Assembly: GCA_002433075.1 (NCBI GenBank)
Contig: DJHM01000038.1
Span: forward strand, 4,075 to 68,074
DNA: 64,000 nucleotides
Reading direction: 5' to 3'
From: Latescibacteria bacterium UBA6620
GTDB lineage: Bacteria > Latescibacterota > UBA2968
The notes under the pieces are model-generated. The model was given only the letters and a program-made list of their open reading frames with translations, did not search any database and had not been told where the DNA came from. Shown here one piece after another: positions 26,664-36,933 of the stretch; the first letter of the stretch is position 1; every line of letters starts with the position of its first letter. Made by a program: the position numbers and the translations under genes.

Positions 26664-27425
26664 TTAGCCGTCAGATCGCTGACGGTTGATCAGACTCGCC
26701 GCATAACCTGCACCGAATCCGTTGTCGATATTGACCACGGTCACACCGGAACTGCAACTGTTCAACATCCCCAGCAACGCCGCCAGCCCACCAAAGCTCG
26801 CACCATACCCCACACTCGTGGGAACCGCTATGACCGGGGCATCCACGAGTCCTCCGACGACACTCGGTAGAGCGCCCTCCATTCCTGCCACCACGATCAC
26901 CACCGAGGCCCCCAGGAGCCACTCCCGGTAAGCCAACAGACGGTGAATGCCGGCCACCCCCACATCGAAAACGCGTTCCACCTCGTTTCCCATCACCGTT
27001 GCCGTGACCGCCGCCTCTTCTGCAACAGGCAGGTCCGATGTCCCCGCCGACACGACCGCGATCCATCCCCTCGTTTTAGGGGGTTCCGTATCGGGATGTA
27101 TGCGATGGGCGGTCCGGGCAAGGCGGTTGTGTTCAACCTCCGGAAGCGCCGCCGTGAGTGCCTGCCGGGTCTCTTCATTGACGCGTGTGGCCAGAAGAGT
27201 ACTCGAGGGGATAATGCGGCGTGCAATTTCCACCACGTGGTCGCTCTGTTTCCCCTGGCAGAAAATCACCTCCGGGAACCCCTTTCTAATCTCCCGATGG
27301 TGGTCGACGTGGGCGAAACCAAGGTCTTCGAAGGGCAAGTTCGCGAGGGCGCCCACGGCATCGTCGACCGCCAAAGCCCCCTCTCGAACCTGTTCCAGGA
27401 GCCGGGCGATCTGGTTCGCGTTCAC
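26664..27425 (-). CDS. larB: nickel-pincer cofactor biosynthesis protein LarB (PurE-like carboxylase/hydrolase)
   Basis: 253 aa with an N-terminal [23 protein letters not shown] and a C-terminal AIR-carboxylase-like region ([15 protein letters not shown]...[14 protein letters not shown]). Confidence 0.85.
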   Translation of the reverse strand: MNANQIARLLEQVREGALAVDDAVGALANLPFEDLGFAHVDHHREIRKGFPEVIFCQGKQSDHVVEIARRIIPSSTLLATRVNEETRQALTAALPEVEHNRLARTAHRIHPDTEPPKTRGWIAVVSAGTSDLPVAEEAAVTATVMGNEVERVFDVGVAGIHRLLAYREWLLGASVVIVVAGMEGALPSVVGGLVDAPVIAVPTSVGYGASFGGLAALLGMLNSCSSGVTVVNIDNGFGAGYAASLINRQRSDG

Positions 27426-28543
27426 GTCCGCCCCCCCCGCTCACCTGGGTCCTCGGCCACTAGATCCCCTTCTGTCCTGGCCACGTGTCTCAATATTCGC
27501 TCCACCTCTTCGGGCTCCCCTTCTGTCAGCAGTGATCGCCTCAAGGGAACCGCGCTTTCGATTCCTTTAACATAGGCGGCCAGATGATTCCTCAACTCGT
27601 AGACTCCCTTTGCCCGACCCTTCAGGTCGACCGACCGCCAGAGGTGGTCGATGGCCACCTCCATTCGCTCCCCGATCGTCGGGGGATCGATTTCGGGCAT
27701 TCCGGACAGGCGTCTTTCGATCCTGCCGAACAACCACGGATTGCCGATGGCCCACCGACCGACCATCACCAGGTCGCAGCCCGTCTCCTCGACCATACGC
27801 TCCGCATCATCTGAACTACGAACATCTCCGTTCCCCGCGACGGGTACGCCCACGGCCTCTTTGACGCGCCGAATCACATCCCAGTCCGCGCGGCCCTTGA
27901 ATCTGGACGCCCGAGATCTTCCGTGAACGGCAATGGCGGCCGCACCCGCATCTTCGACGACTCTGGCCACCTCCGGAGCGTTTTCTTCTCGATCCCACCC
28001 GCTGCGGATCTTTACCGTAATGGGAGTGGAGACAGCCTCAAACATGGCCGAGACGATCTCTCCGAGCTTTTCGGGTTCCCGCATCAGAGCCGCGCCGGCA
28101 TTTCGGTTGACGATCTTCTTGACGGGGCACCCACAATTGATGTCGATAAGGTCCGGCTCGCGTTCGGCCACAACCGCCGCCCCGGCCGCCATCACATCGG
28201 GATCCGAACCGAACACCTGAACCGAGATGGGCGCTTCATCCGGCCTGAAGTCGAGGTATTCACTCGAACGCTCTCCTCCGTGAACAAGACCGCGGGCGCT
28301 CACCATCTCCGTCACGGCCAGACTCGCCCCCTGTTCGCGGCACAAGGTCCTGAACGATCGATCGGTCACCCCGGCTAATGGAGCCAGCACCGTACGACCC
28401 GTCAATTCCACACCACCGATGCGCACCCCCGAACTCCGATCGTCAGTCTCCGGAATAAGAAAAGCGCGCGACGAATGCCGCGCGCTCTCGTCCGCCTGGA
28501 CGACGGGCTCGTTCAGTTGGGCGTGATCAACCATCGCTTCCAT
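27422..28543 (-). CDS. dus: tRNA-dihydrouridine synthase
   Basis: 373 aa with [31 protein letters not shown] and [11 protein letters not shown]. The true start may be internal. GTGA overlap with larB. Confidence 0.85.
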   Translation of the reverse strand: MEAMVDHAQLNEPVVQADESARHSSRAFLIPETDDRSSGVRIGGVELTGRTVLAPLAGVTDRSFRTLCREQGASLAVTEMVSARGLVHGGERSSEYLDFRPDEAPISVQVFGSDPDVMAAGAAVVAEREPDLIDINCGCPVKKIVNRNAGAALMREPEKLGEIVSAMFEAVSTPITVKIRSGWDREENAPEVARVVEDAGAAAIAVHGRSRASRFKGRADWDVIRRVKEAVGVPVAGNGDVRSSDDAERMVEETGCDLVMVGRWAIGNPWLFGRIERRLSGMPEIDPPTIGERMEVAIDHLWRSVDLKGRAKGVYELRNHLAAYVKGIESAVPLRRSLLTEGEPEEVERILRHVARTEGDLVAEDPGERGGRT

Positions 28544-28771
28544 TGCCCCATGACGTGAAACTGATGCTGAATCCTGTGATACCTCGACAACATCTCGATG
28601 ATTTTCAGACGCAGAGCCATCTTGCGAAGGTCTTCGGACACGGTATCCTCCCGGGATCGTGTGACGTGTTAATTTTAGCCACGGTCACGGATGAAGTCAA
28701 TCCGCCCTTTGCACTTCTGGATGGCGCGTCTATATTGGCGCCCTTCCGTTTCGAACCCAACAGGAGGTGGT

Positions 28772-29530
28772 ATGCCGAACAAACTCCAATCCGCGTTTTC
28801 CGAGGGGCAGGTTGCTCTCGGTCCCTTCGTCAACCTGGCCTCCGGGGCTCTGATCGAGATTGCGGCTTACTCCGGATTCGACTTCGTCATCATCGACACC
28901 GAACACGGTCCCCTCGACATCCCAGTCGCCGAGGATCTCTGTCGGATTGCCAAGAGTGCGGGGATCACGCCCATCGTCCGGGTTCGTGAGAACGACCCGC
29001 CCCAGATCCTGCGCGCGCTCGACATTGGTGCGGATGGGGTCCAAGTGCCCCAGATCTGCACTCGGGCAGATGCGGAGGCCGTGGCTCACGCGGCCAAATA
29101 CGCGCCCCTCGGGATGCGGGGCGTATCCCCCTACACCCGCGCTGCCCGATACTTCGCCGATGGAGCCGCCATCTTCGAGCGTCTCAACGAAAATCAGATG
29201 ATCATCGTTCACATCGAAGGCGTCGAAGGCCTTGAAAACCTGAGTGAAATCATCCAGGTCCAGGGGCTGGACGTCATCTTCCTCGGGCCCTACGACCTCT
29301 CCCAATCACTCGGCATCCCGGGACAGGTCGACGATCCACGTGTCGTGGACCGCATGCGTGAGGCTTCTGCCGAAATCAATGCAGCCGGGTTGACGGTTGG
29401 TACCTTCGCGGGCACGCCCGAGGCGGCAAGGCGGTGGATCGACGCGGGTGTTCGTTATATTTCCCTGTCCGTCGATACTGGAATCTACCTGGAAGGCTGT
29501 CGACGGATGATTTCAGAAACGAGGGGATAA
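28772..29530 (+). CDS. HpcH/HpaI-family 2-keto-3-deoxy-acid aldolase
   Basis: Internal Met of ORF 28691..29530, preceded by AGGAGG (28763-28768). Motifs are FDFVIIDTEHGP, VRVRENDP and LGPYDLSQSLG. Confidence 0.8.
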   Translation: MPNKLQSAFSEGQVALGPFVNLASGALIEIAAYSGFDFVIIDTEHGPLDIPVAEDLCRIAKSAGITPIVRVRENDPPQILRALDIGADGVQVPQICTRADAEAVAHAAKYAPLGMRGVSPYTRAARYFADGAAIFERLNENQMIIVHIEGVEGLENLSEIIQVQGLDVIFLGPYDLSQSLGIPGQVDDPRVVDRMREASAEINAAGLTVGTFAGTPEAARRWIDAGVRYISLSVDTGIYLEGCRRMISETRG

Positions 29531-29536
29531 AGAAAA

Positions 29537-29562
29537 AGCGAGGCACCACGAAGGGCCTCGCT
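29537..29562. terminator. bidirectional hairpin between convergent aldolase and dksA-like genes
   Basis: AGCGAGGC / GCCTCGCT 8-bp stem with a 10-nt loop, preceded by an A-run on the plus strand (a U-run for the minus-strand transcript). Confidence 0.5.
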
Positions 29563-29586
29563 TCCGCTCGATCCGGTTCTGAACGG

Positions 29587-30030
29587 TCAGTTGTCTTCAT
29601 CCATCGCCGGCAGATCCTCGCTCAAAATCGAGCGTCGACGCGGGCGCTCGGGCGCCCCCCCCGGGGACGTCTTTTCCCGCTCTTCCTGGACCGCAATCGT
29701 ATACCGTGCGGTCGGGATCGCCTTCAATCGGCCTTCCGGAATCAGCTCCCCGGAAACCTCGCAGATTCCGTAGGTTCCGTCCTCGATCTTCTCCAACGCG
29801 TGGTCGATTTCATCCAACTCTGCCCGCTCGTGATTGCCGAGGGTCGTTAACAGTTCGAGAGTCGAGGTGTTCCCGGCAAGATCCAGTGGGTCCGCGGGCT
29901 GATCGTCCCTGAGTTCACCGATGTCATCGTCCTGGTCGATCACCTGCTTCAGAAGCTCGGATTTACGTGTTGCCAGAAGCTTCTGGAAGGCCGCCAGCTT
30001 CTTTTTGGTGTATTTTTTGGCTTTTGCCAT
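29587..30030 (-). CDS. DksA/TraR-family transcription factor lacking the Cys4 zinc finger
   Basis: 147 aa. It has the coiled-coil tip motif ADPLDLA (DxxDxA). The C-terminus (GICEVSGELIPEGRLKAIPTARYTIAVQ) retains only the first of the four canonical Cys. Confidence 0.8.
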   Translation of the reverse strand: MAKAKKYTKKKLAAFQKLLATRKSELLKQVIDQDDDIGELRDDQPADPLDLAGNTSTLELLTTLGNHERAELDEIDHALEKIEDGTYGICEVSGELIPEGRLKAIPTARYTIAVQEEREKTSPGGAPERPRRRSILSEDLPAMDEDN

Positions 30031-30342
30031 CTGAACCGTCTTCCCAGCTTACACCCATTTAATCCAGAAAAATTCCCCTACCTGTTTGTGTTGCAACTGT
30101 TTACACCCAAAAACCAAGAAAAGTGAGAGGGTCCGACCCCGCCTCACTCGATAAACTGCAGGAATGCCGACGCAACATCATTGGCAACAGGAATTTAGGG
30201 TAGCCTGTCAACCGAGTCAACCCCCTCCCGTCGTGTGGCGCCGGAATGATGGGCGCGGCCCTCACGGCAACCCCGAAATCCAGCACACCTCCTTCAAACT
30301 TTCCTAAAATCTCTTCGCCAGACCCACAAAAGAGGAGCCGAA

Positions 30343-30738
30343 ATGGAAAAATCACACATCACACAGTGGATTGTGGCGTCCATCGCCATAGTCATTGTCG
30401 GCGCAGCGATCCTGCGTCTTGAAAAACAACCCGAATCAGCCGAGCCCACCCGTGATGAACGTGTCGAAATCGTTTCCTGGAACTGGAAGAAAGACCGATC
30501 GGGCAAGGTGCTGGCGGTCTATGGATCAGTCCGCAATCTCACCGACCATGACCTGACATCCATCGTCCTCGAGCTCAGAACCGAATCTGAGGGAAAGCCA
30601 CTGGGCTTCCACACGATCCGCATCCGAAATGTCCCGGCCCAAGGCAGCAAGGCTTTTCGCGAAGACATCATCCGCACGGGGAACGAAGAAATGGGCTACC
30701 TGGAGGTAAAGAATGTCGAGGAAGCACCCTCGGAGTAG
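30343..30738 (+). CDS. hypothetical membrane-anchored protein
   Basis: 131 aa with GGAG 7 nt upstream, one N-terminal TM helix (WIVASIAIVIVGAAIL) and a beta-rich remainder. No family recognised. Confidence 0.55.
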   Translation: MEKSHITQWIVASIAIVIVGAAILRLEKQPESAEPTRDERVEIVSWNWKKDRSGKVLAVYGSVRNLTDHDLTSIVLELRTESEGKPLGFHTIRIRNVPAQGSKAFREDIIRTGNEEMGYLEVKNVEEAPSE

Positions 30739-30741
30739 TAG

Positions 30742-31389
30742 TTACAGGGCGGACGGGCATTCAGCCCTGACAGGACAGGATGCGCAATCGGGTTTCCTCG
30801 CCCGGCACGTCTTCCTACCGTGACGAATCAGAAGGTGCGAGAACAACGTCCATTCGTCTCGGGGAACCACCTTCATCAGATCCTGCTCCACCTTGACCGG
30901 ATCCTTCTGCCGCGTCAACCTCAGGTGGTTGGATATCCGGCCAAGGTGGGTATCCACCACAACACCCTCCTCTTTTCCAAACGCATTTCCCAGCACAACA
31001 TTCGCCGTCTTACGTCCTACTCCCGCCAGAGCCGTCAGAGACTCCATCGAATCAGGTACCCTGCCTCCGTGGTGGTCGACAAGTGCTCTGCAGCACGCTC
31101 GGATCGATTTGGCCTTGTTCCTGAAAAACCCCGTCGAGCGGATCAGATCCTCGATTTCGGCCTGGGGGGCTTCCGCGAATGATTCTGCTGTCGCGTAGAC
31201 CTGGAAGAGCTCCTTCGTGACCGCATTGACGCGTTCGTCCGTACACTGCGCGGATAAAATCGTCGCGATCAGCAACTGCAGAGGCGTATCGTAATCGAGA
31301 GAACACCTTGCGTCAGGGAAGGCGGTCTTGAGTTCGGCAATGATTTTCTCCGTCCGAGCGCGCTTGTTCTTCAGTGACTCACGGGGCAT
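30742..31389 (-). CDS. nth: endonuclease III
   Basis: 215 aa with the HhH-GPD motif (LTALAGVGRKTANVVL) and the Fe-S cluster motif CRARKPDCASCPVRAEC. Confidence 0.9.
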   Translation of the reverse strand: MPRESLKNKRARTEKIIAELKTAFPDARCSLDYDTPLQLLIATILSAQCTDERVNAVTKELFQVYATAESFAEAPQAEIEDLIRSTGFFRNKAKSIRACCRALVDHHGGRVPDSMESLTALAGVGRKTANVVLGNAFGKEEGVVVDTHLGRISNHLRLTRQKDPVKVEQDLMKVVPRDEWTLFSHLLIRHGRKTCRARKPDCASCPVRAECPSAL

Positions 31390-33109
31390 CGATATCCTCT
31401 CCCGAACACCAACTCAAGAACGAATCCACATCCAACACGTTAAGCACATCATCCCGCCCCAAACCTCCCTTCCTGGCAATCCCCACACCGTAGACCATAT
31501 CTTCGAGCCCCTCGGCGCCGTGCGCGTCTGTGTTCACCGAGATCTTGACCCCTTTCTCTCTTGCCAGGGCGAGATACCGCCAGTCGAGTTCCAGTCTTCG
31601 CGGATGAGCATTGATCTCGATCGCGGTGTGTGAAGCCGCGGCGGCATCGAGCACAGCGGGAATGTCGAGCGGATATCCATCCCGGGAAAGAAGCAGGCGC
31701 CCTGTGATGTGTCCGAGGATGTCGACATTCCGATTCTCGACCGCTCGAATGACCCGCTCTGTCACCGTCACACCATCCATCCCGAACACCGAGTGAACCG
31801 AGGCAACCACGAGGTCAAACTCCTCCAGGAAGTCATCGTCGAAATCGAGACGGCCGTCGACCATAATGTCGACTTCCGTCCCTTTCAGGATTCGAATGCC
31901 TTCGAGCCGAGACTGTACCTCGTCGATCTCCTCCCACTGCGCCCTCACACGCTCTTCGCTCAGCCCTCCGGCGTATCCGGCGGCGAAGGAATGGTCGCAG
32001 ATCCCGATATATCCATAGCCCAGACCGTTCGCCGCGCGAGCCATCGCTTCGATCGTTCCCCGACCGTCACTGTGTTGGGTATGGACGTGAACGGTCCCTT
32101 CGAGGTCGTCCAACTCCAGCAGGCGAGGCAAGGCTCCGTCCTCCGCACGCTCGATTTCCCCAATTCCCTCTCTCATCTCAGGAGGTATATAATCCAGATC
32201 GAGCGCCTTAAAGATTTCTTCTTCTGTCGCGCACGGAACCGTCTCTTCTCCATCGAACAACCCGTATTCGTTCAGCTTCAGACCTCGACTCTTGGCGCGA
32301 CTCCTCATCTGGGTGTTGTGTTCCTTGCTCCCCGTAAAGTGATGGAGTGCGTTGGCGAATCCAGCATCTTCAACGATTCGGAGGTCGGCGTTCATTCCCG
32401 ACTTCAACTCTACGGACACCATCGTAGAACCCTTGGCGATCACTCGCGCAACCTGCGGACCCGCAGCGAAGGCGGCCGCGACGCCTCCAGGATCCTCCGT
32501 ACTTGCGACCAGGTCCACATCCTTGGTCGTTTCCTTCCACCGACGAATGCTCCCCGCCACCTCTGCCCGGACGACCTCCGGGTGGCCGCGCAAGAAATCC
32601 AGAAGCTCCTCCGCCTCGGAGCGTGCCGTACTCAGCAGATACTGCCCTCGATGCGTCTGCAGATATTCGATGCCCTGAGAGATGCTCTCCGCAGACTTTC
32701 GACCGAATCCTTTCAACTGTTCGACAGCACCCGACGCACACGCTTTGGCCAGCGCGTCGATGTCCGAAATCCCAAGCGTTTCATAGATCGTTCGCAGCCT
32801 CTTCCCGCCCAGACCCGGAATTTCACTCATCTCCGCCAATCCCTCCGGAACGGCCTTCAGCAGATCCCGGTGGCGCTTCATCGACCCCGTCTCGATCAGC
32901 TCGGCGACCTCTCGCGCCAGTGTCTTTCCAATCCCCTTGATCTCCGACAGTGTGTCCTCCGCTACGAGGTCATCGACGGGAGTCTCTAGGGTCTCGATCG
33001 CCCGGGCGGCTCCGGTGTACGCCCGGGCCCGAAACGGGTTTTCTCCGTTCAGTTCCATCAGGTTGGCGACATCCTCAAGAACACCGGAGACCACACGGTT
33101 ATCCATCAC
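31379..33109 (-). CDS. polX: DNA polymerase/3'-5' exonuclease PolX (Pol X core + PHP domain)
   Basis: 576 aa with N-terminal NPFRARAYTGAARAIE and HhH motifs, the nucleotidyltransferase core GSIRRWKETTKDVDLV, and C-terminal PHP histidines (VHVHTQHSDG...DHS...NAHP). Confidence 0.9.
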   Translation of the reverse strand: MMDNRVVSGVLEDVANLMELNGENPFRARAYTGAARAIETLETPVDDLVAEDTLSEIKGIGKTLAREVAELIETGSMKRHRDLLKAVPEGLAEMSEIPGLGGKRLRTIYETLGISDIDALAKACASGAVEQLKGFGRKSAESISQGIEYLQTHRGQYLLSTARSEAEELLDFLRGHPEVVRAEVAGSIRRWKETTKDVDLVASTEDPGGVAAAFAAGPQVARVIAKGSTMVSVELKSGMNADLRIVEDAGFANALHHFTGSKEHNTQMRSRAKSRGLKLNEYGLFDGEETVPCATEEEIFKALDLDYIPPEMREGIGEIERAEDGALPRLLELDDLEGTVHVHTQHSDGRGTIEAMARAANGLGYGYIGICDHSFAAGYAGGLSEERVRAQWEEIDEVQSRLEGIRILKGTEVDIMVDGRLDFDDDFLEEFDLVVASVHSVFGMDGVTVTERVIRAVENRNVDILGHITGRLLLSRDGYPLDIPAVLDAAAASHTAIEINAHPRRLELDWRYLALAREKGVKISVNTDAHGAEGLEDMVYGVGIARKGGLGRDDVLNVLDVDSFLSWCSGEDIDAP

Positions 33110-33760
33110 TCATTCCTTCGCCTGCTCGACGGGGGCCTCATCCACCTCGTCCGACGCCCGAACGGCGTCATCGCCCATCACCTCGTCCAGAAGAATGTTG
33201 TTACGAACGATGTATATGGGCGTCTGCACGAGAGCGATCAGGTTGACTCCGAGACTCAGAATAGCGAGCAATTCGTGAACCCGTGAAAGCATCGACTGGC
33301 CGGCGGGCTGTACCGGCCGCAGCAGGTCCGAATGCGCCCCACCACCGAGCATGGCGGCCGCCATAATCAGCAACATGCCGAAGAACAGGGCGTAAAAGAA
33401 GGAACCCTTGAACGCACGGGCGCGGCGCAAGTAGCTGAGGCTGAGATCGCGTTCCCTGACCTCGTGCTTGATCGCCGAACCGGTACCCATGAAGTAGAAC
33501 ATCGTCGTCGTATGTGCCAGCATCGTCATGATAGCCGTGACAAGCCCGAACTTGAGGTGCGTGCTCACGGTCACCCCCCACCACCCGTAGTGGACCCCGT
33601 ACCCCATCCCGAATGTGATGATCAGAAGCGGCAAAGAGATGACGACGAATGCCAGGATCGCTGCTTGCATAGAACTTGCCTTTACGCCTTCGGACGCATC
33701 CATCGTCATCCCCTGAGAGCCGGATCTGCCGGCCTCGCCCTTCGGCATTTTTGTGGACAT
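33110..33760 (-). CDS. hypothetical integral membrane protein (4-5 TM)
   Basis: 216 aa. Its stop directly abuts the polX ATG. Hydrophobic segments include AAILAFVVISLPLLIITFGMGYG, FGLVTAIMTMLAHTTTMFYF and FFYALFFGMLLIMAAAML. No family recognised. Confidence 0.6.
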   Translation of the reverse strand: MSTKMPKGEAGRSGSQGMTMDASEGVKASSMQAAILAFVVISLPLLIITFGMGYGVHYGWWGVTVSTHLKFGLVTAIMTMLAHTTTMFYFMGTGSAIKHEVRERDLSLSYLRRARAFKGSFFYALFFGMLLIMAAAMLGGGAHSDLLRPVQPAGQSMLSRVHELLAILSLGVNLIALVQTPIYIVRNNILLDEVMGDDAVRASDEVDEAPVEQAKE

Positions 33761-33852
33761 TCCAGAGCAAGAGACTATTTTAGCGCCCCTGCTCGACGAA
33801 AATACGTGTGTGGCGCGTGAATATAGACGCGGCCTCCGGCATCGTCAACTAG

Positions 33853-34752
33853 GTGCCCGTATCTGACCGCACCAAGTGGAGACTCGAAGTGAAGCTATCC
33901 CTCACATCGGTCATGCTCCCACGCTGGGACCTCGACCAGACCTTCGACAAGCTCGCGGAATACGGCTTCGACGCGATTGAGCTGCGTGTCCGGGACAACC
34001 CCGAGTCTGACGAGGCTCCCTCTTTCTGGGGTCGTCACCTCGCAGACGTCAGCCCCGGCAACCTCTTGTCAAAGGCCGACGCCATTCGGGAAGCTTCCGA
34101 GCGAACGGGCATCCGGGTCATTGCCTTCGCGCCACGCGCCACGATCAACGACCACGACCTGATTGACCTTCTGTTCGAAGGCGCACGGAAGATCGACGCT
34201 GACCGACCTCCGATGATTCGGATAGGTGCGCCGCCGCACGATCGTACACAACCCTATCTACCCCAGTTCGAATCTGCCCGAGAGGGATTCAGCGTCGTCG
34301 CGGACAGGGCCAGGGCGGCGGGCGTCAAGGTCCTATACGAGATACACACGGGCACGATCGCCGTCTCCTGCTCCCGCGCCATCGAGTTGCTGAGAGATCT
34401 CGACCCGAATCACATCGGCGCCATCTTCGACGTCCCAAACATGATTCGAGTCGGAATCGAGGATACCCGGATGGGAATGGAACTTCTGGGCCCCTACCTC
34501 GCACACTGCCACATCGGGAACGGTGTTCCTGTTCCCGACAAAGCCGATCTCTCGGGGCCCGACGATCGACAGGACTATACCTGGACCTTCAGCGAACTGC
34601 GCAAGGGGGTGGCCAACATCCCCGAGATCATCGAGGATCTGAAATCCGTTGGCTACTCAGGCTACATTTCCCTCGAAGATTTCAGCCCCGGCAACGATGA
34701 CGAGAAAGTCTGCGACCAGGGCGCCTATCTGCAAAGGTTGATCGTTCTTTAA
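33853..34752 (+). CDS. sugar phosphate isomerase/epimerase (xylose-isomerase-like TIM barrel)
   Basis: 299 aa with FDAIELRV and VLYEIHTGT. The start is uncertain (alternative GTG at 33889). Confidence 0.8.
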   Translation: MPVSDRTKWRLEVKLSLTSVMLPRWDLDQTFDKLAEYGFDAIELRVRDNPESDEAPSFWGRHLADVSPGNLLSKADAIREASERTGIRVIAFAPRATINDHDLIDLLFEGARKIDADRPPMIRIGAPPHDRTQPYLPQFESAREGFSVVADRARAAGVKVLYEIHTGTIAVSCSRAIELLRDLDPNHIGAIFDVPNMIRVGIEDTRMGMELLGPYLAHCHIGNGVPVPDKADLSGPDDRQDYTWTFSELRKGVANIPEIIEDLKSVGYSGYISLEDFSPGNDDEKVCDQGAYLQRLIVL

Positions 34753-34790
34753 ATCGGAAGGTCGACGACTCCAAAGACAAGGAGACCCAG

Positions 34791-35696
34791 ATGATCCCCC
34801 TGATCAGCAGCATCTGCAGCGGCCCCCTCGACGTCTGCCACCTGCCACGTTTCTGGTGGAAAGCCACCCTCCGCGCCAAAGGTCTGCTCGACGAGGAGTA
34901 CCCCGACCTGAGCGGCGGTCTGGACACGAATGTCCTGAATACCCTTGGCCTCGACCCCGATCCGACACTCGCCTTCATCCGTTCGGAGATCCCCTCCTAC
35001 CTGACGTTCGAGTCCTGGGTACTCGAACAGAAAGAGGGAAGCATCGATCGAGCCGCTACCGATACGTGGAACGAGTCCGTTCGAAACCGCGTTCACACCC
35101 GCCCTGAAAAGCTTGAGGAAACCTACAACGACATCGGGTGGAACAAGGACGAAGTCTCCGTCGACTCTGCCGTCGTGCTCAACAGCGTTCAGGACTGGCA
35201 GCTTTTCCACAAAAGAGATGTGGATGCCGGCTATGCTGCCTTCGGTAACCAGGTGGTGCCACTCATCGCCACGATCGACTACGGTCGTCTCGAAGTGTGT
35301 CAACTCCCACGCACCTGGTACAAGATCACCATGCGCGCGAAGGGGAAGCTCCACGACAACTATCCCGATATGCTACCAAACGGGGGCCTCGACAAACGCG
35401 TCATCGACGTCCTCGGTATCAGCCAGAATCGCGTGGTCTCTCACGTACGCGAACACCTGCCCGACTTCGTGGAATTCGAACAGTTCATCCTCGACGAATG
35501 CGGTGGTGAAATCGACAGGCAGGCGGCCGACGCCTGGAACACCGAGGTAAGAGATCGGATCCACAATGAAGCCAAGCAGACCGACATTCACGGCACCTTG
35601 AAGGATTACGACGTCGGCCACATCACATCGGCAGTTGTTCTAAACCAGATCGAGGATTGGCACTTCGCCCACCAGCAGCTGACCCAGAACACCTGA
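34791..35696 (+). CDS. tandem DUF5069-domain protein
   Basis: 301 aa made of two about 150-aa halves with the same pattern: (D/E)VCHLPRFWWKATLRAKGLLDEEYPD..GLD..VLNTLGL in the first half, and EVCQLPRTWYKITMRAKGKLHDNYPD..GLDKRVIDVLGI in the second. Confidence 0.75.
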   Translation: MIPLISSICSGPLDVCHLPRFWWKATLRAKGLLDEEYPDLSGGLDTNVLNTLGLDPDPTLAFIRSEIPSYLTFESWVLEQKEGSIDRAATDTWNESVRNRVHTRPEKLEETYNDIGWNKDEVSVDSAVVLNSVQDWQLFHKRDVDAGYAAFGNQVVPLIATIDYGRLEVCQLPRTWYKITMRAKGKLHDNYPDMLPNGGLDKRVIDVLGISQNRVVSHVREHLPDFVEFEQFILDECGGEIDRQAADAWNTEVRDRIHNEAKQTDIHGTLKDYDVGHITSAVVLNQIEDWHFAHQQLTQNT

Positions 35697-35772
35697 TCGT
35701 CTCTCATCTGCCCAAAGAAGAGGGGTGCCGTGATCTTTCGCGGAACCCCCTTTTTGTCTGCCCGTGGAACCG

Positions 35773-36933
35773 TCAGGCATCCGTGAAGACGGCCAGCCCC
35801 CCGGTGTAGCTGTGCACGAAATTCTTCCCCCCCACGGGAGCCAGCTCCGCGTTTCCGAAGAAACCCACGAGCGGGAATCGTCCCAGCCTGGAGGTGATCA
35901 GTCCGACGTCGTGATCGGGCTGACCGAAAAGTCCAAATCCGCGCCCCAGACAATTGAAGTAGAGCCCAAATCGAACAGGATCTTCACCCAGTTCGCCAGC
36001 CACGGCCTCCAGTGTCTGCAGCAGATCCTCGTGTGCGGCAGCGGGCGTTCGACGATTGAACTGGATCGTCTGGCCGGTTTCGACCCGCTCACCCACCGCA
36101 ATCGACCCGTCGTCGGGGTTGATACCGAGCAGATTTCGGATCAGAAAGTCGCCTCGTCCCCGCCCGGTCGCCATCTCATCCATGGCCAACCCGACGAAAA
36201 TCGACGGCCCAACGTTTTCCTTCTCCTCCGGAGTTAGGTCGTCAAGGGCCTCCTTCAGCGCATCGATCGCCGGCGCAAAGGCGATCTGGTGAATCACATT
36301 CCCTTCCGCCTTCGTGATCCCGTAGGCCTGGCCGAAGGGCTGACAACCCTGCGCCACTCCGGTCAAGATCCGAACATCGCCACGCAACAGCACGCCGCTC
36401 ACTCCACCCTGTAGCACCTCACGCCTGCACCACTGATAGCTCCTTGGGTCAATCGGCGTCCCCGACGGAGCTCCCCCCACGATCGGAAAAGGCACGGCCT
36501 CATCCAGCGTAGCAACAAGGGCGCCCGGGTTGTGCGTCGACGCATCCGGGAAAAGGCACAGGAGCCCCGAATCTCCCGAGTAAGGCATCAGGGTCTCGCT
36601 GATTTGGATCGGTACATCTTCTCCCGAGACCAAGAAAGGGACCGCTTCGATGGCGTCTCCCGAAAGCGCCAGAGCGGTAACAGCATCACGTTGCTCGACC
36701 TCGCCCACTTCGCTCAGCACGCCCATCCCACTACATCCAACCACTGATTCTGTCCTCGAAATCTGACACGCTTCCTTCAGCAGGACGTCCGCGCACGAGG
36801 AGGGTCCTCCGGAAGCGAACAACAGAACGAGAGAGACGTCACCGTCTAGACCGTCCACCGCCGCGGTGACCGCCTCCCGACTCGCCGTTGCCGCATCCGA
36901 CTCCTGGCTCATCCCCGCCCCGACCGCGATCAT
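35773..36933 (-). CDS. FIST (N+C) domain signal-transduction protein
   Basis: The internal Met of ORF 35773..37056 overlaps the upstream stop as ATGA. FIST_C features are present: RNLLGINPDDGSIAVGERVETGQTIQF and GLYFNCLGRG...GFFGNAELAP. Confidence 0.8.
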   Translation of the reverse strand: MIAVGAGMSQESDAATASREAVTAAVDGLDGDVSLVLLFASGGPSSCADVLLKEACQISRTESVVGCSGMGVLSEVGEVEQRDAVTALALSGDAIEAVPFLVSGEDVPIQISETLMPYSGDSGLLCLFPDASTHNPGALVATLDEAVPFPIVGGAPSGTPIDPRSYQWCRREVLQGGVSGVLLRGDVRILTGVAQGCQPFGQAYGITKAEGNVIHQIAFAPAIDALKEALDDLTPEEKENVGPSIFVGLAMDEMATGRGRGDFLIRNLLGINPDDGSIAVGERVETGQTIQFNRRTPAAAHEDLLQTLEAVAGELGEDPVRFGLYFNCLGRGFGLFGQPDHDVGLITSRLGRFPLVGFFGNAELAPVGGKNFVHSYTGGLAVFTDA

